Part shown: positions 9,258 through 17,831 of the stretch, piece after piece | Numbering within the stretch: position 1 is the first letter of the stretch | Layout: each line of letters starts with the position of its first letter | DNA from: Dehalococcoidia bacterium | Lineage (GTDB): Bacteria > Chloroflexota > Dehalococcoidia > Plut-88900 | Direction: 5' to 3' | Length of the DNA: 64,000 nucleotides | Assembly (NCBI GenBank): GCA_965197645.1 | Contig: OZ240219.1 | Location: 800,001 to 864,000, forward strand | The notes under the pieces: generated by a model | What the model was told of the DNA's origin: nothing | What the model saw: only the letters and a program-made list of their open reading frames with translations | Database searches by the model: none | Position numbers and translations under genes: made by a program

Positions 9258-10463
9258 ATGAAGCTGGTCCTTACCAACGCCAACCTGATCGACTGCGTGT
9301 CTCCCCAAGCGGCGCAGGAATCTACCGTCATCATCGAAGAGGGCCGGATCGTGGAGATATCGGGCGGCGGCCCCCCCACGTCCGTCGATGGCGTACGAGT
9401 AATCGACCTGGAAGGCTCCTACCTGTTGCCCGGCCTTTGGGATGTCCAGGTGCAGTGGATCCGAATACACGGTACGACTGCCGCCCAGGAGTCGGTCCGG
9501 TTCGGGCATGCCGCCTCCCAGGCGCTGACCGAGGCCGGCGTGGTCGGTCTGCGTACCGGAGGTGTACCCCATTTCGTCGATGTCGCTTGGAGGGACGCCT
9601 TCAACTCGGGCCAGTTCGTAGGGCCTAGAATCTACGCCTGCGGCAACTACCTTACCACCACCGGGGGCCACGCCCTGGAGTCGGGCTTCGCCGTCGAGTG
9701 CGATGGCCCTTTCGATTGGGTAAACGCCATCCGGCATCAGATCAAGAACGGGGTAGACCAGATAAAGCTGGACCTGACGGGAGGCGTTCTGGGACCACCC
9801 TGGGACCGGCACTGGCACTCCTTCCTACTCGAAGAGGAGATGGAAGCCGCTTTCGCCATCTGCCGCCAGCGAGGCTACAGGGTCATGGCCCACGCCTCCA
9901 ATCCCGATGCCATCAATGCGGCCATCCGGCTGGGAGCCCGGTCGATCGAGCACGGCTACATACTGGACGAGGAGACCGTGAATGCGATGGTCCAGTCGGG
10001 CATCTACTACGTGCCCACCCTCGGTCTGACCCACATGACCGCGGACAAGGTGACGACCCCCTGGGAAACGCAGTGGCTGGACGAACACAGGTGGGCCCCG
10101 GAGATCGCCCAGCGTCTAGAAGCGGCGGCAGACGTGCACCGTCAATGGTTCCAGAGCGCCCTTGGTGCGGGGGTTAAGATGGCCACCGGCTCCAACCTGA
10201 CCCCGTTGAAGGAGGGCGTACTGCTGGAGCTGGGTGTCTGGGTGAAGAACGGCGCAACCGCCTGGCAGGCCCTGTTGGCGGCTACCAGGAACGCAGCGGA
10301 GCTGTGCGGAGCGGGTGAGGACCTGGGCACCGTGGAAGTAGGTAAGCTGGCCGACCTCATCGTCGTAGCCGGTAACCCGCTGGACGACATCAATAATCTG
10401 CGCTCACTTGAGATGGTGATCAAAGAGGGCAGTGTGGTAGCCGACCACCGAGGCCGTTCCTAG
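9258..10463 (+). CDS. Amidohydrolase family 1 protein (metal-dependent hydrolase A-like) with altered metal ligands
   Basis: IDLEGSYLLPGLWD(VQVQ), TTGGH, IK, AHA, IEHG, GTVEVGKLADL; SD GAGGAG before ATG 9258. Confidence 0.88.
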   Translation: MKLVLTNANLIDCVSPQAAQESTVIIEEGRIVEISGGGPPTSVDGVRVIDLEGSYLLPGLWDVQVQWIRIHGTTAAQESVRFGHAASQALTEAGVVGLRTGGVPHFVDVAWRDAFNSGQFVGPRIYACGNYLTTTGGHALESGFAVECDGPFDWVNAIRHQIKNGVDQIKLDLTGGVLGPPWDRHWHSFLLEEEMEAAFAICRQRGYRVMAHASNPDAINAAIRLGARSIEHGYILDEETVNAMVQSGIYYVPTLGLTHMTADKVTTPWETQWLDEHRWAPEIAQRLEAAADVHRQWFQSALGAGVKMATGSNLTPLKEGVLLELGVWVKNGATAWQALLAATRNAAELCGAGEDLGTVEVGKLADLIVVAGNPLDDINNLRSLEMVIKEGSVVADHRGRS

Positions 10464-10543
10464 GACTCCGCTCCGTTTCCTTGTTCCCTCTTTACCTCTT
10501 ATGATAAGATTCCCCTTACCGCGCAAATCGTCAGGGGGTGTGC

Positions 10544-11578
10544 ATGACCAGTTCGTCATCGTTCGAAGTGCCCGATTCCGTCGAAGCCATTGAGTTCTAC
10601 TATCGCGAGGGCTTGACCGACGGACTTCCCGTGGTGCCTCCAACCCCCGAGAGAGTTGCCGAGTTTCTGAGCTACGTCAGAAAGGAACCTGGTGACGTCA
10701 TCGGCTCGGTGCCGGCCCGCCATAGAGTGATCACCGCCGATAAGATCGCCATCAACGCCATCATGGCCGGGTGCCTTCCCGAGTACATGCCTGTCCTGGT
10801 CACCGCCATCGAGGCCATGTCCGACGAGAGCTTCAATCTACACGGCACCTCCGCCAGTACTGCGGGCACGGGGCACATGGTCATAGTCCATGGGCCTATC
10901 TCCCGGGAACTGGACATCAATCACGCCAACAATCTGTTCGGGCCTACAAAGCGCTCCAACGCTACCATCGGGCGGGCGCTGCGCCTCATAATCATGAACG
11001 TAATCGGTTCCATCCCGGGGGTGCTGGACAAATCGACCTTCGGGCACCCGGGCAAGTACTCCTACTGCATAGCCGAGGACGAAGAACTGAGCCCCTGGGA
11101 GCCGTTGCACGTCGAGCGGGGGCTGCCCCTGGAGGCCAGCGCCGTCACTGTGTGGGCCGCCAATGCACCCCACCAGTTCGATGACCACGGGCACAACCAT
11201 GTGGAAGACATCTTGACCACTGTGGCCACCTCCATGCTGGGCCAGGCGTATCCCGGCGGCCCCGAGCACATGGTGATCCTCAGCCCCGAGCTCGTCGGTA
11301 ACATCCGTGAGTCGGGCTGGACCAAGCGGCAGGTCAAGGAGTTCCTCTACGAGAAGTCCAAGCGGCCCGCCTCCTTCTGGGCCGATCTTCGAGGCGACGG
11401 CAGCATCTTTAGCAGCGAGGGACCGGTGTCGGAGGGCGAAGAGATACCCGCCGTCGCAAGTCCGGACGGCATCATGGTACTGGTGGCCGGCGGCAGCGCC
11501 GGGGCCTTCTTCTGCAGCATCATCCCCTGGGGCGCCGGGTTCGGCACCAGGTCAGTAACCAGACAGATAACCGTCTAA
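10544..11578 (+). CDS. Uncharacterised partner protein of UGSC selenoprotein (copy 1)
   Basis: TDGLPVVPPT, AINAIMAGCLPEY, NATIGRA, STFGHPGKY, SPWEPLHVERG, VAGG; paralog at 24661. Confidence 0.85.
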   Translation: MTSSSSFEVPDSVEAIEFYYREGLTDGLPVVPPTPERVAEFLSYVRKEPGDVIGSVPARHRVITADKIAINAIMAGCLPEYMPVLVTAIEAMSDESFNLHGTSASTAGTGHMVIVHGPISRELDINHANNLFGPTKRSNATIGRALRLIIMNVIGSIPGVLDKSTFGHPGKYSYCIAEDEELSPWEPLHVERGLPLEASAVTVWAANAPHQFDDHGHNHVEDILTTVATSMLGQAYPGGPEHMVILSPELVGNIRESGWTKRQVKEFLYEKSKRPASFWADLRGDGSIFSSEGPVSEGEEIPAVASPDGIMVLVAGGSAGAFFCSIIPWGAGFGTRSVTRQITV

Positions 11579-11615
11579 CTTAATCAACCAGGGATCCAAG
11601 GAAAGGAGCAAACAG

Positions 11616-12164
11616 ATGGTAGTAGAGACAAGAGCCCCGTCCATCACCGTGATGGACCCCAGGGCCGAGCCCGTTCCTACCGAGGCCTCGATGGCCGCCA
11701 GGCCTGAGACCCTCCACGGCAAGGTGTTGGGCCTCCTGGACAACAGCAAGAACAACGCCAACGAGCTGGCAAAGGCGATCGGCGACCTGCTCCAAGAGCG
11801 GTTTGAGATCAAGGAGATCAAGGTTGCCACCAAGCCCGACGCCTCCAGGCCGGCCCCCGCCGAAATCATGGAGGACCTGGCCAACGGTGTCGACTTTGCC
11901 GTCGTCGCAGTCGGGGACTGAGGGTCCTGCAGTCAGTGCAGTTTGCACGACGGAATCGAGCTGGAAAAGCGGGGCGTGCCCGCAGCGGTGATCATCACCA
12001 GCGAGTTTATCGTTCCCGCCAAGGCCACGGCCAAGTCCCAAGGCATACCCGACTACCCCTTCGCCATTGTGCCCCATCCCATAGGCAGCCTCACCGATGA
12101 GGGCCTCAAAGAACGGGCCAGCGAGGCGCTTCCCCAGGTCCTGAGCATTCTGGACCAGAAGTAG
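11616..12164 (+). CDS. UGSC-motif selenoprotein (182 aa, Sec102)
   Basis: LLDNSKxNA...AVGD-TGA(11919-11921)-GSCSQCSLHD..EKRGVP..VPHPIG; the two ORF-track halves are in frame. Confidence 0.9.
11932..11951 (+). promoter_or_regulatory. SECIS-like hairpin (UGSC copy 1)
   Basis: GTC-A-GTGC-AGTTT-GCAC-GAC starting 11 nt after the UGA. Confidence 0.65.
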
Positions 12165-12244
12165 TACATCGCTGCTGCAACCTGGGAGGGGACAAGAGAC
12201 CTCTCTACAGACGTCTCATCCCCGGGACGCTGACGTATCGAAAC

Positions 12245-12301
12245 AGGCTCTTCGCAGGGCGGGACGGCCTTTGAGTCGCCTCGTCCTGCGAAGTTGAGCC
12301 T
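12245..12301. repeat. Long imperfect inverted repeat (hairpin)
   Basis: AGGCTC-TTCGCAGGGCGGGACGGC...GTCGCCTCGTCCTGCGAAG-TT-GAGCCT. Confidence 0.7.
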
Positions 12302-12377
12302 TAGTGCCCTTGACCTCAGGGGGCTCATTCACCCTGAGTGAGCAGTGTTCGCTCCACCGTGGTTCGTTATGGTTACC

Positions 12378-12414
12378 CTTGACGTTAGTAACCCAATGCA
12401 TTACTATCGTCAAG
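12378..12414 (+). promoter_or_regulatory. higBA promoter overlapped by a palindromic operator
   Basis: -35 TTGACG (12379), 17 nt, -10 TACTAT (12402); inverted repeat CTTGACGTTAGTAA/TTACTATCGTCAAG. Confidence 0.8.
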
Positions 12415-12415
12415 A

Positions 12416-12694
12416 GTGGATCGATTTAGAAATGGCGACACCGAACGCCTCTTTGCTGGACAGTCGGTCCGGCGACTTCCAGTCGACATCCAGCGCCAGG
12501 CACGAGTAAGACTGCAGCGAGTAGTGGCGGCCGTAGCGCTCACAGACCTTCGGCTGCCGCCGTCGCACCGACTCGAAGCTCTGCGGGGAGACCGGGAGGG
12601 CCAGCACAGCATCCGAGTCAATGACCAGTGGCGGGTGTGCTTTGTCTGGACAGGCCGGGGCGTTATGGAGGTCGAAGTCGTCGACTACCACTGA
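12416..12694 (+). CDS. higB: HigB-type (RelE/ParE superfamily) toxin
   Basis: DLRLPPSHRLEALRGDREGQHSIRVNDQWRVCF..VDYH. Confidence 0.92.
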   Translation: MDRFRNGDTERLFAGQSVRRLPVDIQRQARVRLQRVVAAVALTDLRLPPSHRLEALRGDREGQHSIRVNDQWRVCFVWTGRGVMEVEVVDYH

Positions 12695-12705
12695 GGAGGA
12701 AGCTG

Positions 12706-12990
12706 ATGACAGCCCCTGAACCCATACACCCGGGAGAGCACCTGGCGGAGATCATGGAGGAGTTGGGCATCACCCAATACAGATTGGCCAAGACGATAGG
12801 GGTGCCCCAGATACGCATCCACGACATCGTTCACCGCCGCAGATCCATCACTGCGGACACGGCGCTGCGTATCGGGCGAGCCCTGAGTATGACGCCCGAC
12901 TTCTGGTTGAACCTCCAGCGGATGTATGATCTGGATGTGGCTCGGGCCAAGACCGACGTGAGCGCCATCGAGCCGCTTGTCAAAACGTAA
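12706..12990 (+). CDS. higA: HigA antitoxin (Xre HTH)
   Basis: PIHPGEHL..ITQYRLA..ITADTALR..FWLNLQ..YDL; SD GAGGAGG. Confidence 0.93.
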   Translation: MTAPEPIHPGEHLAEIMEELGITQYRLAKTIGVPQIRIHDIVHRRRSITADTALRIGRALSMTPDFWLNLQRMYDLDVARAKTDVSAIEPLVKT

Positions 12991-13013
12991 GGCTGAGTGT
13001 AGCGGCCGGAGGG

Positions 13014-13049
13014 TTGAAGCGTTCCTGCCTCTACAAGGTCTGGGAGGCC
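13014..13049. repeat. 36-bp direct repeat, copy 1
   Basis: TTGAAGcGTTCCTGCCTCTACAAGGTCTggGAGGCC; 33/36 identical to 16657-16692. Confidence 0.85.
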
Positions 13050-13052
13050 TTC

Positions 13053-13931
13053 CTATTGACTATCGGCATTTTTTGCCTGTGAGGAAGGGTCCTTGGCTTC
13101 TGACGTCATCTCGTACTTGCGGGGTTTCGTTCTCAGCTGTTTGACTCCCCTCTCTTTGAGGATGGGCCAGAGCTTGTTGGCGAACTCCATCCCGAATTTT
13201 GGCCCCTGCATGCTCGCGATTCGATGATCAGGCCACCGCGATTTGACGATCCGGTGGCAGTCCACGCTTCTGAAAGGGCCGACTGGAATCTGTTGGACGA
13301 TAAGATCCGCCATTTCATCCCGCAGCTTGGAATCGTCCTCGTGCTCATTACTGGCGACAGAAGGACGAGTGGAAGCAGCTGGCATTTGCACTTCATGGAT
13401 GTGGTCGTTGGGGAAGAAGTTCGCGATGGTTGATGCCTTTGTCGTGGTACGATCGGTCATCACCCACAGGAAAGGGACTCTCGTTCCTCCCAGGTCCTTC
13501 AGCTTGGCGTAGAGTGGCATGAAATCGCTGTCGTCGCTCATCACGGCGACAAACTGGGTGGTCCCCGTCACGAAGTCCGCCACCGCGTCGATGGCGATAG
13601 CTATATCCGCCGAATTCTTGGATAGCGTTCTGGTGAAGTGCTGTATTCCTTTGACCGTTACGGTCAGGTGCGGAAAGTGGCTGCTGGCCCACACGTCCCA
13701 AAGCGAAACCCGGTCAGCGTGAACGTACAGGTTCAGCAGGGACAAGGGTGGAGTGTCCTCCGGCCACTGCCTTACAACGGTCTCAACTAGGAGTTGGGCG
13801 CTGCTTTGGAGATTCTCGGTGTCGACGTACAACGCCGTCCCGTGGGACTGGGATTTCATCTTGACATCGAGGGATGGAACTCCCGGCCGTCTGGCCTTTA
13901 TGCGTTTACGAAACTGCTTAAACATCGTCAT
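13053..13931 (-). CDS. NYN (LabA/DUF88, PIN-like) domain protein
   Basis: LYVDTENL, KNSADIAIAIDA, MSDDSDF; extra C-terminal domain. Confidence 0.85.
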   Translation of the reverse strand: MTMFKQFRKRIKARRPGVPSLDVKMKSQSHGTALYVDTENLQSSAQLLVETVVRQWPEDTPPLSLLNLYVHADRVSLWDVWASSHFPHLTVTVKGIQHFTRTLSKNSADIAIAIDAVADFVTGTTQFVAVMSDDSDFMPLYAKLKDLGGTRVPFLWVMTDRTTTKASTIANFFPNDHIHEVQMPAASTRPSVASNEHEDDSKLRDEMADLIVQQIPVGPFRSVDCHRIVKSRWPDHRIASMQGPKFGMEFANKLWPILKERGVKQLRTKPRKYEMTSEAKDPSSQAKNADSQ

Positions 13932-14529
13932 CCTCCTGTGGAGCTAAAGAGCGGGGCCACGGCTTCCAGTCCAACTCCAGCCGGCGACGACCGCCTGACA
14001 ACTCGCGGGATCGCTGACCGTTAACACGAGACTCGCCTCTTGAGAATCTCCCGTCAGGCCACCGGAACTCGTGTTGTATCCAACCGGACCCCATAAGCGA
14101 TGCAACAGGGCGGCGAATCGCCTCCCGAAACCTCCCGGCGGTTACGTTGTCGACCATCTCGGTGAGCCGTTCGATCTCGCCTTCGGCTGACTCATCGCAT
14201 GCGTCACAGCCACAGTCCGGAAACGGCTCGATGTGCCACCGCCCAAATCGGACATGAACGCCGGGAAAGGTCGAGAACGCCACTGCGATAGGTGCGGTGT
14301 CGGGATTCCTCGGGTTGAGTCCGACACTGGGACTGGCAAGCTCCTGACCCCTCTCGAGCTTCTCGTCAAGACCATACCCATCCTTACGCTCCACTTCGAA
14401 GTCGCTTTCCAGCCGGCTGATAATCTCCAGCATGGCCGTGTGCAACGGCCGGAAACGCTCGGCGTTGGTCACGCGGCTGTATGCCTCTGGAGGCGGTCCC
14501 TCAGGCCCCCATCTACCACGTTCAGACAT
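13918..14529 (-). CDS. Hypothetical protein (DUF6226-like)
   Basis: PPPEAYSRVTNAERFRPLH, FPDCGCDACDE. Confidence 0.7.
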   Translation of the reverse strand: MSERGRWGPEGPPPEAYSRVTNAERFRPLHTAMLEIISRLESDFEVERKDGYGLDEKLERGQELASPSVGLNPRNPDTAPIAVAFSTFPGVHVRFGRWHIEPFPDCGCDACDESAEGEIERLTEMVDNVTAGRFREAIRRPVASLMGSGWIQHEFRWPDGRFSRGESRVNGQRSRELSGGRRRLELDWKPWPRSLAPQEDDDV

Positions 14530-14739
14530 CCCTCAACGTTCCTTCCATAGGAGAATCCAGAGCATTATTATGAACAAATCGGGCGAGGTTTGGAAGAAGG
14601 TGGCTGTGGAATCGGTATAAATGCTCAATCAGGCGCCGGCTATGCTCTGGCTATGTGAGCCACTGTGCAGTCGGAGGAGTTTCCCCTACCTGCCCCCCAT
14701 CAGCTCGACGCTGTCGAAGCCTGTCGCACTTACGGCCAC

Positions 14740-16461
14740 CTAGAACAGCCCTTCCAGGTTGTCTAGCAGGTTCCGCCACCACCCCCGGCTCGATCCATGA
14801 TTCGGTATGAAATGGACATCGTGCGTACCGTCCTCCTCCACTTTGAGCCAGCCGGCCAGGGTCACCACGCGGCCAAGGGGGATTGCTTCAAGGACCTCCG
14901 ACGGGTCGCGCACGGTCACCCGCTGCACGTAATCCCCACGGTCAGTCTCCAGCACCAGCGTGGCGACGTCTTTGAACACCAGCGTGCCCCTGACCCTCAC
15001 GCACTCATCGCGGAACAGGTCGCCGGCCGACGCGATCTGCGCGGGCGTCGGGATCACGGGAGAGTCCAAGGAACACGGCTTGACGCGCGGTGAGACCACG
15101 TCGAGGCTGAACAGGACGACCAAGACCAGCGCCCCTATGCCCACCAGGCTTACCACCCATATGAAGCATTTGCGGAGGCGCCCGCCGCCTTTCGGCTCCT
15201 CAACCGTCCCCTCCAACCTGTACGTCTGATACCCCTCCGATGGCGGTCCAGGAGCAGTTTCCAGAGCACTGCTCTGTAAATCCGGCTCACTCTCTATGTC
15301 CTGGATTTCGTCGGCGGTCCCGCGGTGCACAGTCTTCCCGGCATCCGTCGAATCGAAATCGAGTGCCTCGAGATCCACTTCAGAGCCCCACTGCGCAGCC
15401 GCCTTCTCTGGATCTTCCCACCGTCCGGTCAGCCACCACTCCATCGCGTGCAGGAAGGCGTGATAGGCCGCGTCCAGGTCGGCGCCTTGTAGGGAGGATT
15501 CCCTGCCGGCTCCGAACCACGGCGGGGCCGGGGCCGAAACGTCGAGCCACGGCTGGGCCACATTGAACGCGACAGCGTAGGCCAGCATGGGATCCGATTG
15601 GTCCCGGGCGCCCATCGGCCCAGGTCCGGCCAGGGTCTCTTTCAAACCGAGCCACTGACCTATCTCAACTGCCCCCGCCTGCGTCGGCTTCAGCATGCCC
15701 GTCCGTACTTCAAGGGCCGGATCGGTCCACAAGAGAAATGTATATGCGAGGCAGACGAAGGCGCCGATCAGGGCGCTCGCCCACCACTGGTCCAGCCATA
15801 GAGCCGCCCAGAACCCGCCGCCAACGCCCATCAATACGCAGGCCAAAAGGTCCCAAGGGGTCTCGTCGTTGGAATTCTCCCTCCTGACCCGCACGGGATT
15901 GTCATGGAAAAGGCCGCGCTGCTGCAGGTAGGCACCTATCTGGTCGCCGATGGCGTCCTCGCGCTTCTTTATCGCTTCATGGAGTGCATCAACCGTTGTG
16001 GGACTCGACGGCAGGCTGTTGCATATCGTTCGCTCCCAGTCATACTGTGTGGGCTCCTGCCGAGACAGCCGGTACAGGAAGCCGACCCTTGTTCCGACGG
16101 CCTCGATTCGCAACGTGCCGCGCTGGCACATCTCGATGATGGAGGCCAGCAAAGTCGGGCTCCATGTCATGTGGCCTTCCAGGGTAGATACCGCCGCCGC
16201 GGGCATCGACCCGGGCCGCGGGGTCCCTGAGGGCCACGCCTCCGTTGCCTTCGGGGGCCGGTGCTTGGGCCACAGCCACAGCGCTATGATGAGCAGCTGC
16301 GCTACGACTACGCCTATCGTGCGGAAGCCCCAGGCCGTCAGCTGCACCAGGTCCATCTCCCGGAAGTTGGGAAAGCCACTCTCGGCAATTGCTCCGCCTG
16401 GGTCCATCGCGAACAGCAAGCCAATGGCGGCAAGGGCCGCCAGCACCTTCAGCACACTCAC
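14740..16461 (-). CDS. Membrane protein, DUF2207-like core with extra C-terminal TM and extracytoplasmic domain
   Basis: Signal peptide, TM helices, P.SMPAA.V..L, ASIIEMCQRG.L.I, LAYAVAFNV..PW. Confidence 0.65.
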   Translation of the reverse strand: MSVLKVLAALAAIGLLFAMDPGGAIAESGFPNFREMDLVQLTAWGFRTIGVVVAQLLIIALWLWPKHRPPKATEAWPSGTPRPGSMPAAAVSTLEGHMTWSPTLLASIIEMCQRGTLRIEAVGTRVGFLYRLSRQEPTQYDWERTICNSLPSSPTTVDALHEAIKKREDAIGDQIGAYLQQRGLFHDNPVRVRRENSNDETPWDLLACVLMGVGGGFWAALWLDQWWASALIGAFVCLAYTFLLWTDPALEVRTGMLKPTQAGAVEIGQWLGLKETLAGPGPMGARDQSDPMLAYAVAFNVAQPWLDVSAPAPPWFGAGRESSLQGADLDAAYHAFLHAMEWWLTGRWEDPEKAAAQWGSEVDLEALDFDSTDAGKTVHRGTADEIQDIESEPDLQSSALETAPGPPSEGYQTYRLEGTVEEPKGGGRLRKCFIWVVSLVGIGALVLVVLFSLDVVSPRVKPCSLDSPVIPTPAQIASAGDLFRDECVRVRGTLVFKDVATLVLETDRGDYVQRVTVRDPSEVLEAIPLGRVVTLAGWLKVEEDGTHDVHFIPNHGSSRGWWRNLLDNLEGLF

Positions 16462-16656
16462 AATGGCTTACCTTCCTTCTCGGGTCGCACTGCCGACTTG
16501 ACTCCGCCGGACAACCGCCCTTCACACCACTATCGGAGAATGACTGTCGCCGGGTGGTACCCTCGCCCAGCCACCTCGGAGGTGGCCCCTGGGGGCGTAG
16601 GACGGCGCTGAGACAGACCTCTCGGAGCGCCGAAGTGTCGCGCAACGGGTAGGCGT

Positions 16657-16692
16657 TTGAAGTGTTCCTGCCTCTACAAGGTCTACGAGGCC
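16657..16692. repeat. 36-bp direct repeat, copy 2
   Basis: TTGAAGtGTTCCTGCCTCTACAAGGTCTacGAGGCC. Confidence 0.85.
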
Positions 16693-16699
16693 ATAGCGT

Positions 16700-17689
16700 C
16701 TACTTGAACGCGGGCAGGACCTCTTCGCCAAACCGCTGCGCCTGCTCCATCATCTCCTCGAACCTGTCCACCATGACGTTGGTCAAGACGCAGTGGGTCA
16801 CTCCCTGCTCCTCCAGCGTTTTGATCTTGTTCACCACCTCGTCAGGGGTCCCCACCAGCATCTTGGGGATGAAAGCGTCGGGGGCCCTCTTTGCGAACCG
16901 CTTGCCCATCCACGTCTCCCGTGCCCTTTCCACCGCCTCCTCGTGGGTGTTAGCCAGGTACAGGTTCGTAGAGTACTGCCTATCGATCTCCGATATATCC
17001 CGGCCCGCCTTCTCCAGGTGAGGCAGCAGCGGCTCCACCGCCTCCCACGCCGAGTCCTTCACGTAGTAAGGCACTATCGACATCCCCGCCCCGTACTTGG
17101 CGATCCTTGGATACGTCTCCGGGGCGTGTCCCGAAACGTAGATGGGGAGGGGGTTCTGGACCGGCTTGGGGTGTATCTCGATGTCGTGGAACTCGTGGAA
17201 CTCCCCCTCGAAGCTCACCTTCCCCTCGCTGGTGAGCAACCGGTACAACGCCTCCATGGTCTCGTCGAGGATCTTGCCCCGGTGGGCCTTTCTCTGCTTG
17301 GTCCGTACCGCGGTAAACTCCTCGCGATAGGTGCCCAGCCCCCAACCGAACAGGAATCGGCCCTTGCTGAACTGGTCCAGAGTCGCCGCCTGCTTTGCCA
17401 GCACCACCGGGTCCCGGAAGGGCAGCAGCAGCACCCCGGTAGCCACCAGTATCCGCTCCGTTGCCCCCGCCAGGTAGGCCAGGGTGATCATCGCCTCCAG
17501 CCAGGTGGGCTTTTCCGAGTCCGGCAAACCCATCTGCGGTACGGGGGCCATGAAGTCGGTGGCCCACACCGAATCGAAACCGACCTTCTCCGCCAGCTGC
17601 GTGAGCCTGACCACGTCATCCGCCTCTGCGAAGGGTACCGGGTAGAAGACCCCTTCACGGCTGTTGGGTATGCCTATTCCAAATCTCAC
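16700..17689 (-). CDS. LLM class (luciferase-like, probably F420-dependent) oxidoreductase
   Basis: GFDSVW, LPFRDPVVLAKQAATLD..S.GR, PKPVQNPLPIY. Confidence 0.92.
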   Translation of the reverse strand: MRFGIGIPNSREGVFYPVPFAEADDVVRLTQLAEKVGFDSVWATDFMAPVPQMGLPDSEKPTWLEAMITLAYLAGATERILVATGVLLLPFRDPVVLAKQAATLDQFSKGRFLFGWGLGTYREEFTAVRTKQRKAHRGKILDETMEALYRLLTSEGKVSFEGEFHEFHDIEIHPKPVQNPLPIYVSGHAPETYPRIAKYGAGMSIVPYYVKDSAWEAVEPLLPHLEKAGRDISEIDRQYSTNLYLANTHEEAVERARETWMGKRFAKRAPDAFIPKMLVGTPDEVVNKIKTLEEQGVTHCVLTNVMVDRFEEMMEQAQRFGEEVLPAFK

Positions 17690-17831
17690 GGCTGACCTCC
17701 CCGCCCCACTTTCATTATTGAGAGCAGGCGCCTACTTGTTACAATGATACTCCGATCGTTGGCAACTCGTTTCCAGGGAAGGACAGCGCGCCCATCAAAC
17801 CTCGATACCCATCCCCCCACCCCGATTAGCA

